64,000 nucleotides of DNA from Promethearchaeia archaeon (GTDB taxonomy: Archaea > Asgardarchaeota > Lokiarchaeia > Sigyniarchaeales > SOKP01), in the NCBI GenBank assembly GCA_029856145.1, contig JAHQWK010000001.1:448001-512000 (forward strand), given 5' to 3'. Below are positions 1 through 9,339 of this stretch, in pieces. The notes under the pieces were generated by a model. The model ran no database searches. It saw only the letters and a list, made by a program, of their open reading frames with translations, and had not been told where the DNA came from. Made by a program: the position numbers and the translations under genes. Positions within the stretch are counted from its first letter, which is position 1; each line of letters begins with the position of its first letter.

Positions 1-96
1 ATTCATTTCTTTGCCTTTCCTTAATATATATTCAATATCTTCTCTATCAAATTGCTTAGCACTTATAATTCCTTCACTAAATTTATCCTTAAACAT
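1..96 (-). CDS. pyrB: N-terminus of a carbamoyltransferase, probably aspartate carbamoyltransferase (runs off the window edge; not in ORF track)
   Basis: Minus strand from ATG at 96 reads MFKDKFSEGIISAKQFDREDIEYILRKGKEMN, open to base 1; IISxxxFxREDIxxIL resembles the ATCase/OTCase N-terminus. argF not excluded. Confidence 0.5.
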   Translation of the reverse strand, partial: MFKDKFSEGIISAKQFDREDIEYILRKGKEMN

Positions 97-259
97 TTAT
101 ATTCTCAATCAATATGTTTTTATTAACATTATGTAAATAAGATTTAAATTATTTTTTATTATAAATGATGGTTATTTAAAAAGAACTAACCAGAACTAAT
201 AAAATTTAAAATTTATAAATAATTATTTTAGTTAATTAATATACAATTGGTTAGCAATT

Positions 260-541
260 TTGAAGTACCCCAAGACTATTAATCGTTACTGTCCATCTTG
301 TAGATCGCATACAAAGCACAGTGTTTCTCTGTACAAAAAAGGGAAGGAACGGATGTTGAATCAAGGGCGCAGACGACTTGAAAGAAAGAAACGAGGCTAT
401 GGTAGCTTTCCCAAAGAGATATTTCACCGCAATGCGAAGATAAATAAGAGATCCACTCCATTATTAGAATGTAGTGAATGTGGCAAAAAACAGTATGCTA
501 AATCCTATAGAGTTAAGAGACTAGAATTGCAAGAAGTATAA
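260..541 (+). CDS. rpl44e: 50S ribosomal protein L44e (eL42)
   Basis: YCPSC...HTKH, GRRR..RK..GYG, LECSECGK zinc ribbon; TTG start. Confidence 0.95.
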   Translation: MKYPKTINRYCPSCRSHTKHSVSLYKKGKERMLNQGRRRLERKKRGYGSFPKEIFHRNAKINKRSTPLLECSECGKKQYAKSYRVKRLELQEV

Positions 542-555
542 AAAAGTGAGATATT

Positions 556-762
556 ATGGTACATAAAAGACAAGAAAAAGGCCTTATTCCCCAACCTAAA
601 AGTAGGTTTTTACGTGTAAAATGTTTGAATTGTGGAAATCAGCAAATAATTTTTGGTTGCTCTGCAACAGATGTAGAATGCTTAGTGTGTGGGAAAACTT
701 TACTTCAATCCACAGGTGGCAAAGCACGTATTCTCACTAAAATATTAGAAGTTCTTTCTTAA
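556..762 (+). CDS. rps27e: 30S ribosomal protein S27e
   Basis: [23 protein letters not shown]...CLVCG..L..STGGKA; follows L44e. Confidence 0.95.
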   Translation: MVHKRQEKGLIPQPKSRFLRVKCLNCGNQQIIFGCSATDVECLVCGKTLLQSTGGKARILTKILEVLS

Positions 763-815
763 TGATATAAATTTCTTATTTTTTGATCACATTATCTATC
801 TTATTAAAAATTATT

Positions 816-835
816 CGTGAAACGCATCTTTCACG
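816..835. terminator. Hairpin between convergent genes
   Basis: CGTGAAA-cgcatc-TTTCACG, a perfect 7-bp stem between rps27e and the convergent acyltransferase gene. Confidence 0.3.
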
Positions 836-885
836 TAAAATCCTTAATATCTAAGTGACATAATTTATTAATTAAAAATAAGAAT

Positions 886-2013
886 CTATTCCTGCCAAAT
901 ATAGTTAGATTTTTTCATAGCAATTCTAGTTGCTTCTGAGGCCAATCTTCCAATCTGAATCTTTAAAGAAAATTTTGAACCCCATTTATTATAGGAAAAC
1001 CTCAAAAAAAGGGTATATACTATGACTGTTATAAGAATAGCTAACCAAATATGATACCAATGCAAAGATTGATAAAAAAAGAAATAGTTAATATTTTGTA
1101 ATAGAAAAGCTGTTAGGGAATAGTAAGAAAAATAATACAAGAATCTATAACTCTTTTTTGGCTTAAATAATTCATAAACATCAAAAGTTATAAAAACAGA
1201 AATTAATACTATCTCTATCCCTAAAGAATACATTAACCACCATAAATTTGATTTTATTGATAGAATTTCTTCCGTGAATAAAAAAGGTAATATAAAGTAA
1301 AATCCAATCAAAATTAAAATAGTCCCTATTAGCACTGAGGGGAATAACAACTTTCTTTTTACTATTTTCTTCTTTTCCAAATCATTATCAATAAGAGAGA
1401 AATCATAGATTATGTCACCTATAACTGTTCCTATTAGAAAAAACGTAAAAAATGATAAAATAATATTTTGGTCAATACTATTGTATAAGATATGAAATAA
1501 AACACCATAAAAATTAACCTGCCCTTCAAATGGAGTCAATAGAACTAAGATTATTTGATTAGCTATCCAAATTAGCACTCCAATAAATACTCTAAATGTT
1601 TTTGATGTCTTTAATAATGGCCACGACATTAAAAGACATACTCCTATGGTTAACAATATGAACCATGTCCAAATTTGGGAAGGATCCATGTACATAATCG
1701 CGACAAATATATTATAAATTAAACCAAGAATTACAATGAAAATCGATCTAAATAGATATTCATGTTTTATCTGAGAAAAGCTATAATGATCAATTTTTTC
1801 CATTTTTACAAGTCTATTTCTATATGATATCATAGTACTTATCCCCGATATAAAAGTAAACCCAACAGCTCCTAATGTGGAAAGAATGGATACATAACCA
1901 ACCATTAAAATCAATTTTTCATCAGGAACAGGCCACCATGTAATCATGTGTCCCACCACCATATATAACATTGCTAATCCTCGAAACATATCAAGGCTTT
2001 TTAACCGTTTCAT
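886..2013 (-). CDS. DUF1624/HGSNAT-like multi-pass membrane acyltransferase
   Basis: N-terminal RLKSLDMFRGLAMLYMVVGH motif; many hydrophobic TM segments. Confidence 0.75.
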   Translation of the reverse strand: MKRLKSLDMFRGLAMLYMVVGHMITWWPVPDEKLILMVGYVSILSTLGAVGFTFISGISTMISYRNRLVKMEKIDHYSFSQIKHEYLFRSIFIVILGLIYNIFVAIMYMDPSQIWTWFILLTIGVCLLMSWPLLKTSKTFRVFIGVLIWIANQIILVLLTPFEGQVNFYGVLFHILYNSIDQNIILSFFTFFLIGTVIGDIIYDFSLIDNDLEKKKIVKRKLLFPSVLIGTILILIGFYFILPFLFTEEILSIKSNLWWLMYSLGIEIVLISVFITFDVYELFKPKKSYRFLYYFSYYSLTAFLLQNINYFFFYQSLHWYHIWLAILITVIVYTLFLRFSYNKWGSKFSLKIQIGRLASEATRIAMKKSNYIWQE

Positions 2014-2166
2014 ATAAATCAGGAGAGAATTAGAGTAAATAGAAAAATACTTGAGATATGTACCAGAATTAATTAAGGCTTTTATCTATTTCTAAAATAA
2101 AAGTGTTTAAACACTTAAAATTAACTAAATTGTGAATCTTATAATTATTTAATTTAAAATGAAGGT

Positions 2167-2502
2167 TTATTCTCGCCAAGTATATTTACATTTAATACAT
2201 CTAAAAAAGTGAGTGCTTGGTTCGTCAGAACTCCTTATTTGTACTTGCCAAGTTTCTGCTTCTATATTATCACATTTAGGACAATCTTTTTTAGCTTTAA
2301 GAAGTACTGAAATTTTGTCTTCATCCGAGACGATTAGTAAGTTTTTTTCTAAAGCTTGTTTCTTCTTTTTTATGCTTTTTTCTATATCGATATTGTCATT
2401 TTGTATCTCTTGTTGATAACCACACTTACATATTAAAAATAATTTATCATCTATTCTTCTCTTGCGCAGAAGGTTTGAACATTCCGGACAAAATTCAACC
2501 AT
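2167..2502 (-). CDS. tfs: Transcription factor S (TFS, RpoM/TFIIS family)
   Basis: Two Zn ribbons (FCPEC...CKCG; CPKC...QIRSSDEPSTHFFRCIKC..TWRE) with the acidic DE hairpin. Confidence 0.93.
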   Translation of the reverse strand: MVEFCPECSNLLRKRRIDDKLFLICKCGYQQEIQNDNIDIEKSIKKKKQALEKNLLIVSDEDKISVLLKAKKDCPKCDNIEAETWQVQIRSSDEPSTHFFRCIKCKYTWRE

Positions 2503-2655
2503 ATTGATTCTTATGCCATAATTTAGTAATCCTTAACTTTAAAAAACATCTAAGGTTAAAAAATTTTATCTTAATTATAAAAATATGTAAAAATTTTATA
2601 TAAATGTAAAAAAGTTTAAAATTTTTAATTATATTAAATAACCAATAATTTAAAA

Positions 2656-3024
2656 ATGAGTTTTATGGAGTTCAAGGAATTTATTACTTTTTTAGGGACT
2701 AAAGATCTCAAAAAAACATCTAATTTTTACCAAAATATCATAGGATTAACTTTATATAAAGATCAAGATGTTTGTTTAATATTTAACATTAATAATCAAA
2801 GCAAAATAGGTTTTTGTGAGAATATGACAGTAATCTATAAAGATAAAAGTCCAATTATAACTTTTATTACAGATGATGTAGATGAAATCTATACCAGATT
2901 AATCAATTCAGGATTGGCTATAAAAGAAAAACCTAAATTCAATCAGAAATTCAAAATCTATCATTTTTTCTTAAAAGATCCTAACGGATATACAATTGAA
3001 ATACAAAAATTTTTAGACACATAA
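2656..3024 (+). CDS. VOC/glyoxalase family protein
   Basis: DL.K..FY..IIGL, ITF.TDDVDEIY, FFLKDPNGYTIEI. Confidence 0.85.
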   Translation: MSFMEFKEFITFLGTKDLKKTSNFYQNIIGLTLYKDQDVCLIFNINNQSKIGFCENMTVIYKDKSPIITFITDDVDEIYTRLINSGLAIKEKPKFNQKFKIYHFFLKDPNGYTIEIQKFLDT

Positions 3025-3048
3025 TAAGATCTTAAAGAACATGAACTT

Positions 3049-3369
3049 TTAATCAAATTCCTTTTTAATTTGATATAATTTTTGATAATATTCGAAATTT
3101 AATTTATTCATGTCTTGAACAATATCCGCAATAATTAGTTTTTCTCCAGAAGATTGGAACTCAAGATCTCCTATTACATTAATTAAATCATTTTCTTTAA
3201 ATTTAAAATCATCAACACTTATGAGATTAACATTAATCTCACTAGTTTTATCATGTAAAATTATTTGATTGTCACTAATTCTACTTTTTATGTATCCAGT
3301 TACTTGGATTCGCTCATCATCAATAGAAATATCCTTAATCATTCTTTGCTTAGCGTACGGAAAAGACAT
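3049..3369 (-). CDS. Single OB-fold protein, RPA3/RPA14-like ssDNA-binding subunit
   Basis: IKDI..DDERIQVTG, IILHDKT, INVIG, IADIVQDM plus C-terminal helix; divergent from PCNA. Confidence 0.7.
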   Translation of the reverse strand: MSFPYAKQRMIKDISIDDERIQVTGYIKSRISDNQIILHDKTSEINVNLISVDDFKFKENDLINVIGDLEFQSSGEKLIIADIVQDMNKLNFEYYQKLYQIKKEFD

Positions 3370-3550
3370 TTTTTTTTTAAAATAAGAATCTTTTTTTTAT
3401 TTAATACAAGTTTGAAAATTTAAGATAAGTATAAATAATTAATTTAATACCTAAAATTGGTATTATTAAAAGACTAATATCAAACATTATTAATAATGTG
3501 AATAAAACATTTTTATCTTAATTATAATTCAATAAATATACTGAAAGATT

Positions 3551-4354
3551 ATGAGTTTTACATTAAAATTAGAAAATAGTCGGATATTGAAAGGAATAGT
3601 TGAAACTCTCGCGAGTATTATTGATGAAACAGAGTTTCGAGTCACTCCTAAAAAGTTTACAATTTCAGCTATGGATCCAAGTAGAATTTGTTTACTAAAA
3701 CTCTCAATTAATAAGGAGAATTTTGATGATTATCAATGCGATAAAGAATCAAAAGTTGGATTAAACTTAGACGACTTAGATAAGATCTTAAAAAGAAGCG
3801 CAGCCAATGATTCTGTTGAAATTGATTTTAATGAAACAGAACAGAAAATAAAAATAAAAATGCAACGAGAGGGCACATCACGTGTAAGGACATTTAGTTT
3901 AGCATTATTGGATATCGAGATTGAAGAGATTCCGATGGATAACCTTTTAAAGATTGAATATCCTTCAAAATGGGTTATTGGACCTGAGTTCTTAGTTGAA
4001 GCAATAAAAGATGCTGAAATCTATTCTGAAATTCTGAATATAACCGCAAAAGAGGGACAAGGATTAATTTTTAGTTCTACAGGGCAAATCGGTGAAATGG
4101 AATATGACCTTAATGAAGATGATTTAATTGAAACAGATATTAGTGGAACCAGTAGTGGTGCATATTCCTTAACCTTTTTAAAAGCAATTTTAAAAATAGC
4201 TTCAATCACCGAAAAGCTAGAAATATCATTGAAAACTGATCATCCATTAAAAATGATCTTTAATCTTCTTGAAGGCGGAGAATTAAGCTACTTTTTAGCA
4301 CCTCGAGTAGAAGAAGCTGAATTTGAAGATAATGATGATATGGATGAATTTTAA
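3551..4354 (+). CDS. pcn: DNA polymerase sliding clamp PCNA
   Basis: AMDPSRICL, YSL.FL, DHPLK, YFLAPRVE; acidic tail. Confidence 0.95.
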   Translation: MSFTLKLENSRILKGIVETLASIIDETEFRVTPKKFTISAMDPSRICLLKLSINKENFDDYQCDKESKVGLNLDDLDKILKRSAANDSVEIDFNETEQKIKIKMQREGTSRVRTFSLALLDIEIEEIPMDNLLKIEYPSKWVIGPEFLVEAIKDAEIYSEILNITAKEGQGLIFSSTGQIGEMEYDLNEDDLIETDISGTSSGAYSLTFLKAILKIASITEKLEISLKTDHPLKMIFNLLEGGELSYFLAPRVEEAEFEDNDDMDEF

Positions 4355-4510
4355 TTAAGTCCTTCTTTCCCTATTTATTATTTATTAGTTTGTTAATAGA
4401 TTCATTAAAAACATCAGTAAACTAATTTACTCTTAATCTATTAAAGTTTAGTCTCATCATGTTTTTTAGAATATAATTATTTAGGTTTAAAAGTAGAGAA
4501 AATTTGGGCA

Positions 4511-5701
4511 ATGAGCGACATCTATGACTTAGTAAAACGGTATCCATGGCTCCCTTCTTTAAAAACATACTATTCTAATATAGCTTTAAGGAATCCTTTA
4601 GATTTTCTTAATGAAATCTTTTCATCTAATAAATCTAAAGATCTAAAGAATAGAGTCTTAAATCTTTTTACTGATGCTTTTAATAATATCGAACAGATTT
4701 CTGATTATTCCTTCGATGAAACGAATATTAATATCTATTTAATTCTAAGAATATTACTTTATGCTTTAAATGATAAGATTTTATCTAATCGAGTCGCGAA
4801 TATATACTCTAAAACCACTTACAATGTTCTAAATAAAGAAAACGAGTATAATTTAGATTGCATTTACAAAGATTTAGATTTAGAAGTTAATTATGAAGAA
4901 AAACCAACTGTATATAAAAAAATTGTTCTAAAAAGCCAAGAAGAAATCTCTAGAACAAACTTCAAGATTTCTTTTATCGATTATTTAAAACTTGCTTCTA
5001 AATTAAAAGATGATTATAGGAAATTAGTGAATAATGCCCTCCAACATGGTTATGTATATATTAAACCTGAAAGTCTTAATAGATTATTACAAGAACATGT
5101 ACGAATGAAGTTATTGGCTCAAAATATCAGAGAATCTACTAATTTAGATGTATTTAAAGAGAAATTATTTGAAATACAAGAATTTAAAGAACTATATGAC
5201 ACAATTGTCGCGATTTGGGAATTAAAGAAAGATGAATTTGAATACACAGTAGATATAACGTTTAAAGAAGGCCAAGATATGTCAAAAGTTTTCCCTCCTT
5301 GTATTAAAGAAATCCTATCAAAAGCACAAGAGGGTCAGAACTTAATACACACTGAGAGGTTATTTATATTATGGGTTTTAAATGCACTTAAATATCCGGA
5401 GGATAAAATTATTAATGTATTTTCAACACTACCTGATTTTGATCGTGAAAAAACCGCATACCAAGTAAAATACGCTATTAAAAAAGGATACACTCCCTAT
5501 TCTTGTAAGTCTTTAAAATCATATACTTTATGTATGGCAAATAAATATAAAGATAAATTATGCTTGAATGGTTATTTTTCAAAGAAACTACAAGAACAGA
5601 GACAAATCTCTCATCCTTTGTTTTATATTCAGTATAAGCAATTTGTTGCTTCAATTAAAACAAAACCTGAAAAAACTAATTTGAATGATAAAGATGCCTG
5701 A
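4511..5701 (+). CDS. priL: DNA primase large subunit
   Basis: RYPWL, LVN..L..GYV, FPPCIK, H.ER, PDFD...YQ, YTPYSC..L...LC Fe-S cysteines, HPL. Confidence 0.92.
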   Translation: MSDIYDLVKRYPWLPSLKTYYSNIALRNPLDFLNEIFSSNKSKDLKNRVLNLFTDAFNNIEQISDYSFDETNINIYLILRILLYALNDKILSNRVANIYSKTTYNVLNKENEYNLDCIYKDLDLEVNYEEKPTVYKKIVLKSQEEISRTNFKISFIDYLKLASKLKDDYRKLVNNALQHGYVYIKPESLNRLLQEHVRMKLLAQNIRESTNLDVFKEKLFEIQEFKELYDTIVAIWELKKDEFEYTVDITFKEGQDMSKVFPPCIKEILSKAQEGQNLIHTERLFILWVLNALKYPEDKIINVFSTLPDFDREKTAYQVKYAIKKGYTPYSCKSLKSYTLCMANKYKDKLCLNGYFSKKLQEQRQISHPLFYIQYKQFVASIKTKPEKTNLNDKDA

Positions 5702-6974
5702 TAACAAATATTTAAAAAGGCTTTTTCAAGCTTATTATAAAGAAAACCAATCTGTAATTCCAATACTTAATCTTTTTGAACAAAGAGAATTTGGTTTCAT
5801 TCCATGGGAGAAACAAATAATGAATAGGCATATCGGGTTTACTTCCCCCATCAATTTGAAAAAGTACTTTATAAATAATACTCCAAAACATGCATATTCG
5901 AGTGGTTCACTTTTTATTCGACCAGAAAATCAAGATATGCAAGAGAAGGGTTATCAGGGTTGTGATTTAATTTTTGATATTGATGTTGATCACTTTTATA
6001 CTCCTTGTAAGGAACATCATGATATCTGGTATTGTAAAGAATGTGGGGAAAAGGGAAAAGGCATGGTAAAAAAGTGCCCAAAATGTGGTAAATTAAAATT
6101 GAAGAAATTGAATTGGATTTGTGAAGATTGTTTAAATGTCGCCAAAAATGAGATTATTAAGTTAATTTATAACTTTCTAATTCCCGATTTTAACATTAAT
6201 ATTGAAAAAATGAAGATTGCTTTTTCAGGACACCGAGGATATCATCTAAAAGTTGAAGATGAAAATATAAGAACATTGTCTAGTGACGACCGGAGAGAAG
6301 TTATTGATTATATTACAGGAGAGAATATCTCATTCGAGATTTTAGGATTACAAGAAAAAGGAGGAAATATCTTTGGATTTTCAAGGGAAACCATCGGTTG
6401 GCCTCAAAAAATAATTAACAGAATTGAAAAACTATTAAGTAAATCAAATCTAGAAATCGAAACTATACTTTCAGATAAAAGAAAGTTTAATTTAAGTCAA
6501 AGTCTTATAGAGAATTTTATAAACTTTAAAGATAATTTCCATAAGATAATTACTAATAACCATAATAATAATTGGACTTTAGTTGGTTTCAGTTTAAATG
6601 CTTGGAATAAATTTTTAAAAACAATAATCGCAGAAATTGGAATTGAAGTTGATGTTCCAGTTTCAATCGATATCCATAGATTAATTCGATATCCTGGGTC
6701 TTTGCATGGGAAAACGGGTTTTAAAGTTCAGGAATTATACCCTGATGATCTTGATGATTTTAATCCTTTAAATGAAACAATTGAAAAATTAGATCCAATT
6801 GTATTTAAAAGTGAAAAAGCAGTTACTCAAAAAATAGAAATTATTGAACCTGAAGTACCAATTACGAAAATAAAAGGTAAAACCTATGGACCCTACACAA
6901 AAGGAGAAAAAATTGAAGTTCCTCACTATATTGCTGTTTTTCTGTTATGTAAAGGAGTAGCTAAAACTATTTAA
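5694..6974 (+). CDS. priS: DNA primase small (catalytic) subunit with Zn-ribbon insert and GINS-B-like C-terminal domain
   Basis: QREFGF, DLIFDID, FSGHRGYH, DIHRLIRYPGSLHGKTG; ATG at 5694 preferred over 5685. Confidence 0.93.
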   Translation: MPDNKYLKRLFQAYYKENQSVIPILNLFEQREFGFIPWEKQIMNRHIGFTSPINLKKYFINNTPKHAYSSGSLFIRPENQDMQEKGYQGCDLIFDIDVDHFYTPCKEHHDIWYCKECGEKGKGMVKKCPKCGKLKLKKLNWICEDCLNVAKNEIIKLIYNFLIPDFNINIEKMKIAFSGHRGYHLKVEDENIRTLSSDDRREVIDYITGENISFEILGLQEKGGNIFGFSRETIGWPQKIINRIEKLLSKSNLEIETILSDKRKFNLSQSLIENFINFKDNFHKIITNNHNNNWTLVGFSLNAWNKFLKTIIAEIGIEVDVPVSIDIHRLIRYPGSLHGKTGFKVQELYPDDLDDFNPLNETIEKLDPIVFKSEKAVTQKIEIIEPEVPITKIKGKTYGPYTKGEKIEVPHYIAVFLLCKGVAKTI

Positions 6975-7034
6975 GTTAAAAAATTTAAACTCAGAACACT
7001 TTTTTATTATATTAAACTGAAAAATTCGATATTT

Positions 7035-7700
7035 ATGGATTTACGAAAAGAATATAAAAAACTATACCAGCATTGGCTCAAAGAATTCCAGAATACCGAT
7101 TTAACTGCCATAAGTCAAGAAGATTTCAATGAATACAAAAAGAATTTGGATTTTATCAATGATTATCAGGAAGAAGAAAAGGATGAAGTTAAGGATCAGA
7201 TATTCAAGTCATACAAAGATAATTTAAATTATCTGTTTAAAGATTTTTTAAAGATCAGGGAAATTAAAATAATAAATTCAGCATTAACTCTTAAAGAAAT
7301 TAATTTAAATAATGTAATTGAAGCCGAGAAATTACTTTATGAAAATCTAGTAAGTTCTATTAAGGGTTATAAGAAAGTAAAAGCAATCTCGCTTTATGAA
7401 GAAGATGAAGTTCTACATGATAACTTAATTGAACCCGAAACAGAAATAAAGTCTGTTGTTGAGGAGGTTCCTATATCGAAAGAAGAAAAAACCTCTAAAA
7501 TTCTTGATTCCATAAAAAAGGGTGATCAAATAAAAATCAATTATACTCTTGTAAGATTTTTAAAGAAGACACCTCCTTTAGTAGGTGTTGATCTAATAAA
7601 TTATGGCCCTTTTGAAATAGAAGACATTGCAAATCTCCCCCAAAAAAACGCAAAAATCCTTATAATTGAAAAATTTGCTGAAAAAATAGAAATTAATTAA
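7035..7700 (+). CDS. GINS complex subunit (Gins15/Gins51 type)
   Basis: Helical A domain (R..KII..A) followed by B domain LVRFLK..P.LVGVDL..YGPF..EDIANLP..NA; follows priS. Confidence 0.88.
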   Translation: MDLRKEYKKLYQHWLKEFQNTDLTAISQEDFNEYKKNLDFINDYQEEEKDEVKDQIFKSYKDNLNYLFKDFLKIREIKIINSALTLKEINLNNVIEAEKLLYENLVSSIKGYKKVKAISLYEEDEVLHDNLIEPETEIKSVVEEVPISKEEKTSKILDSIKKGDQIKINYTLVRFLKKTPPLVGVDLINYGPFEIEDIANLPQKNAKILIIEKFAEKIEIN

Positions 7701-7702
7701 GA

Positions 7703-7888
7703 TTACTTATACTTATTATCAAATTCTTCTTTAAAATATATTAATCGATATTTTGCATATTTATCTATTAAAGAAAACTTTGGAGGTCTTGGGTTTATTA
7801 ACTGGCCTCCACAATAACGGCATTTTAATTCGGGATTTTGCAATCCATATCTATTGCACTCTTTGCATTTTTGAAGGTATTTAGTCAT
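7703..7888 (-). CDS. nop10: H/ACA RNP protein Nop10
   Basis: KC..C..Y.L...C..CGG...P.PPKFS..DKY.KYR; downstream of aIF2alpha. Confidence 0.92.
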   Translation of the reverse strand: MTKYLQKCKECNRYGLQNPELKCRYCGGQLINPRPPKFSLIDKYAKYRLIYFKEEFDNKYK

Positions 7889-7905
7889 AATTACAACCCT
7901 GCAAA

Positions 7906-8727
7906 TTAATCTCGAATAAACTCAAATGTACCGTTATATTTCTCGGTATTTTTCTCAATGGTCTCTAAAGCATCGGATAAAATATTTTCAGCGTCTAAGT
8001 AATCCTTAGAAACAATTTCTAACCGATATAATGGAGCAGCAATATAATTAATATTAATATTTCTCGTTTGTTCTTGCTCTATTACTTTTAAAGCGTCTAA
8101 AAGGGATTCTTTAATTTGGTCTATTCCATTCTCTGAAGTGAATGAAAGTTTAACCTTACCAGATATGCTTACTGTTGAAATACTTACATTTTCATCAATG
8201 ATTTTCAACAAATTAGTCTTAATTTCATCTGTTATACCTTCTAAATCTGATAAAATTTCTTCACCATTTTCTTTTAAACCTTCAACAGCTTCTTGATGTG
8301 AATCAAATAAATCTAAGACTGGAAATCCAATTAATTCATAAGCTTCATCAAGCGTCATATTAATTCCTTCTGTTTCTGTGAGAAATTGTAGCAAATTTTC
8401 AAATTTTAAGGCATATTTCCATTGCTTTATTCGATTTTCTTTTTGAGCAGAGTTTACCCTTCGTAATGATAAATCTACATGTCCCTTATCCACATCTATT
8501 CTTAATGAGCGTAAAACTACTCTTTGACCAATTCGTACATAATTACGGATATTTTTAATCCATCGAGAACTTATTTCTGATATGTGAATCATCCCTCGTG
8601 CAGAAGATTCATAATCTAAGCCTTCATAATCAAGTAAATCAACATAGACATATTGCTTTTGTACCTCTGTCACTTTAGCAACCACAAATTCGCCTTCCCG
8701 TGGAAACTTTGTTCTACTTTTTACCAT
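7906..8727 (-). CDS. eif2a: Translation initiation factor aIF2 alpha
   Basis: S1 domain (P.EGE.V, HISEISSRWIKNIR, KGHVDLSLRRV), YIAAP.YR. Confidence 0.95.
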   Translation of the reverse strand: MVKSRTKFPREGEFVVAKVTEVQKQYVYVDLLDYEGLDYESSARGMIHISEISSRWIKNIRNYVRIGQRVVLRSLRIDVDKGHVDLSLRRVNSAQKENRIKQWKYALKFENLLQFLTETEGINMTLDEAYELIGFPVLDLFDSHQEAVEGLKENGEEILSDLEGITDEIKTNLLKIIDENVSISTVSISGKVKLSFTSENGIDQIKESLLDALKVIEQEQTRNININYIAAPLYRLEIVSKDYLDAENILSDALETIEKNTEKYNGTFEFIRD

Positions 8728-8837
8728 TGTCTTGTATGAATATTGTTTATTATTTATTTTTTTAAAATTATTATTTATATTAATGATCTATAATTTTTTA
8801 TCTTTCACATAAAAAAGCAAATAAAAAGTGATTAAAA

Positions 8838-9281
8838 ATACCGAATTGGTTTATTCATAATAAATGGGCTGAAAAAGCTGGTATTCACAAAAATATAGCA
8901 GACTTAGTGAATAGAGCTTTAGATTATGGTTTCAATTGGGCTCTTTATGAACGAGATAATGTAGAATTTGAAAACAACGATGAGATCATTATTTCCCAGC
9001 AACTAAAGTATTTTTGTGAAAAAGATAAGGGGAAGAGAGGGTATATTAAAGCTCTTTATTTGCATCATCTCTTAGATTTTTTTAAAGAAACATATGTTAA
9101 CATTTATGACATTGATTTAGTTTTTGAGAAATTTTTACAAAATAAAGCTATAATTGAAATTACTGATTCTGAAGGTAATAGAATAAATTTCCAAAAGGAT
9201 TTAGAAGAAATATTCAAACTATTAAAAGATAATAAAAAAGAATTGTATGAGGATATAAAAGGAACATATATTGAAGATTAA
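8838..9281 (+). CDS. Helical putative metal-binding protein (phospholipase C/P1 nuclease-like motifs); likely ATA start
   Basis: Frame is open upstream of the listed GTG (8907) to ATA at 8838, giving (M)PNWFIHNKWAEKAG...; LHHLLD motif; AAGTGA SD-like element upstream. Confidence 0.55.
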   Translation: MPNWFIHNKWAEKAGIHKNIADLVNRALDYGFNWALYERDNVEFENNDEIIISQQLKYFCEKDKGKRGYIKALYLHHLLDFFKETYVNIYDIDLVFEKFLQNKAIIEITDSEGNRINFQKDLEEIFKLLKDNKKELYEDIKGTYIED

Positions 9282-9339
9282 ATAAATTTAATTAATAAAA
9301 AGTAATAGAAAAAATCGTTATTTATAAAAAAATTGTATT

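Noticed and set aside
3484-3499. Palindrome ACATTATTAATAATGT between RPA3-like and PCNA genes
   Set aside because: Almost all A/T; such palindromes are expected by chance in these intergenic regions.
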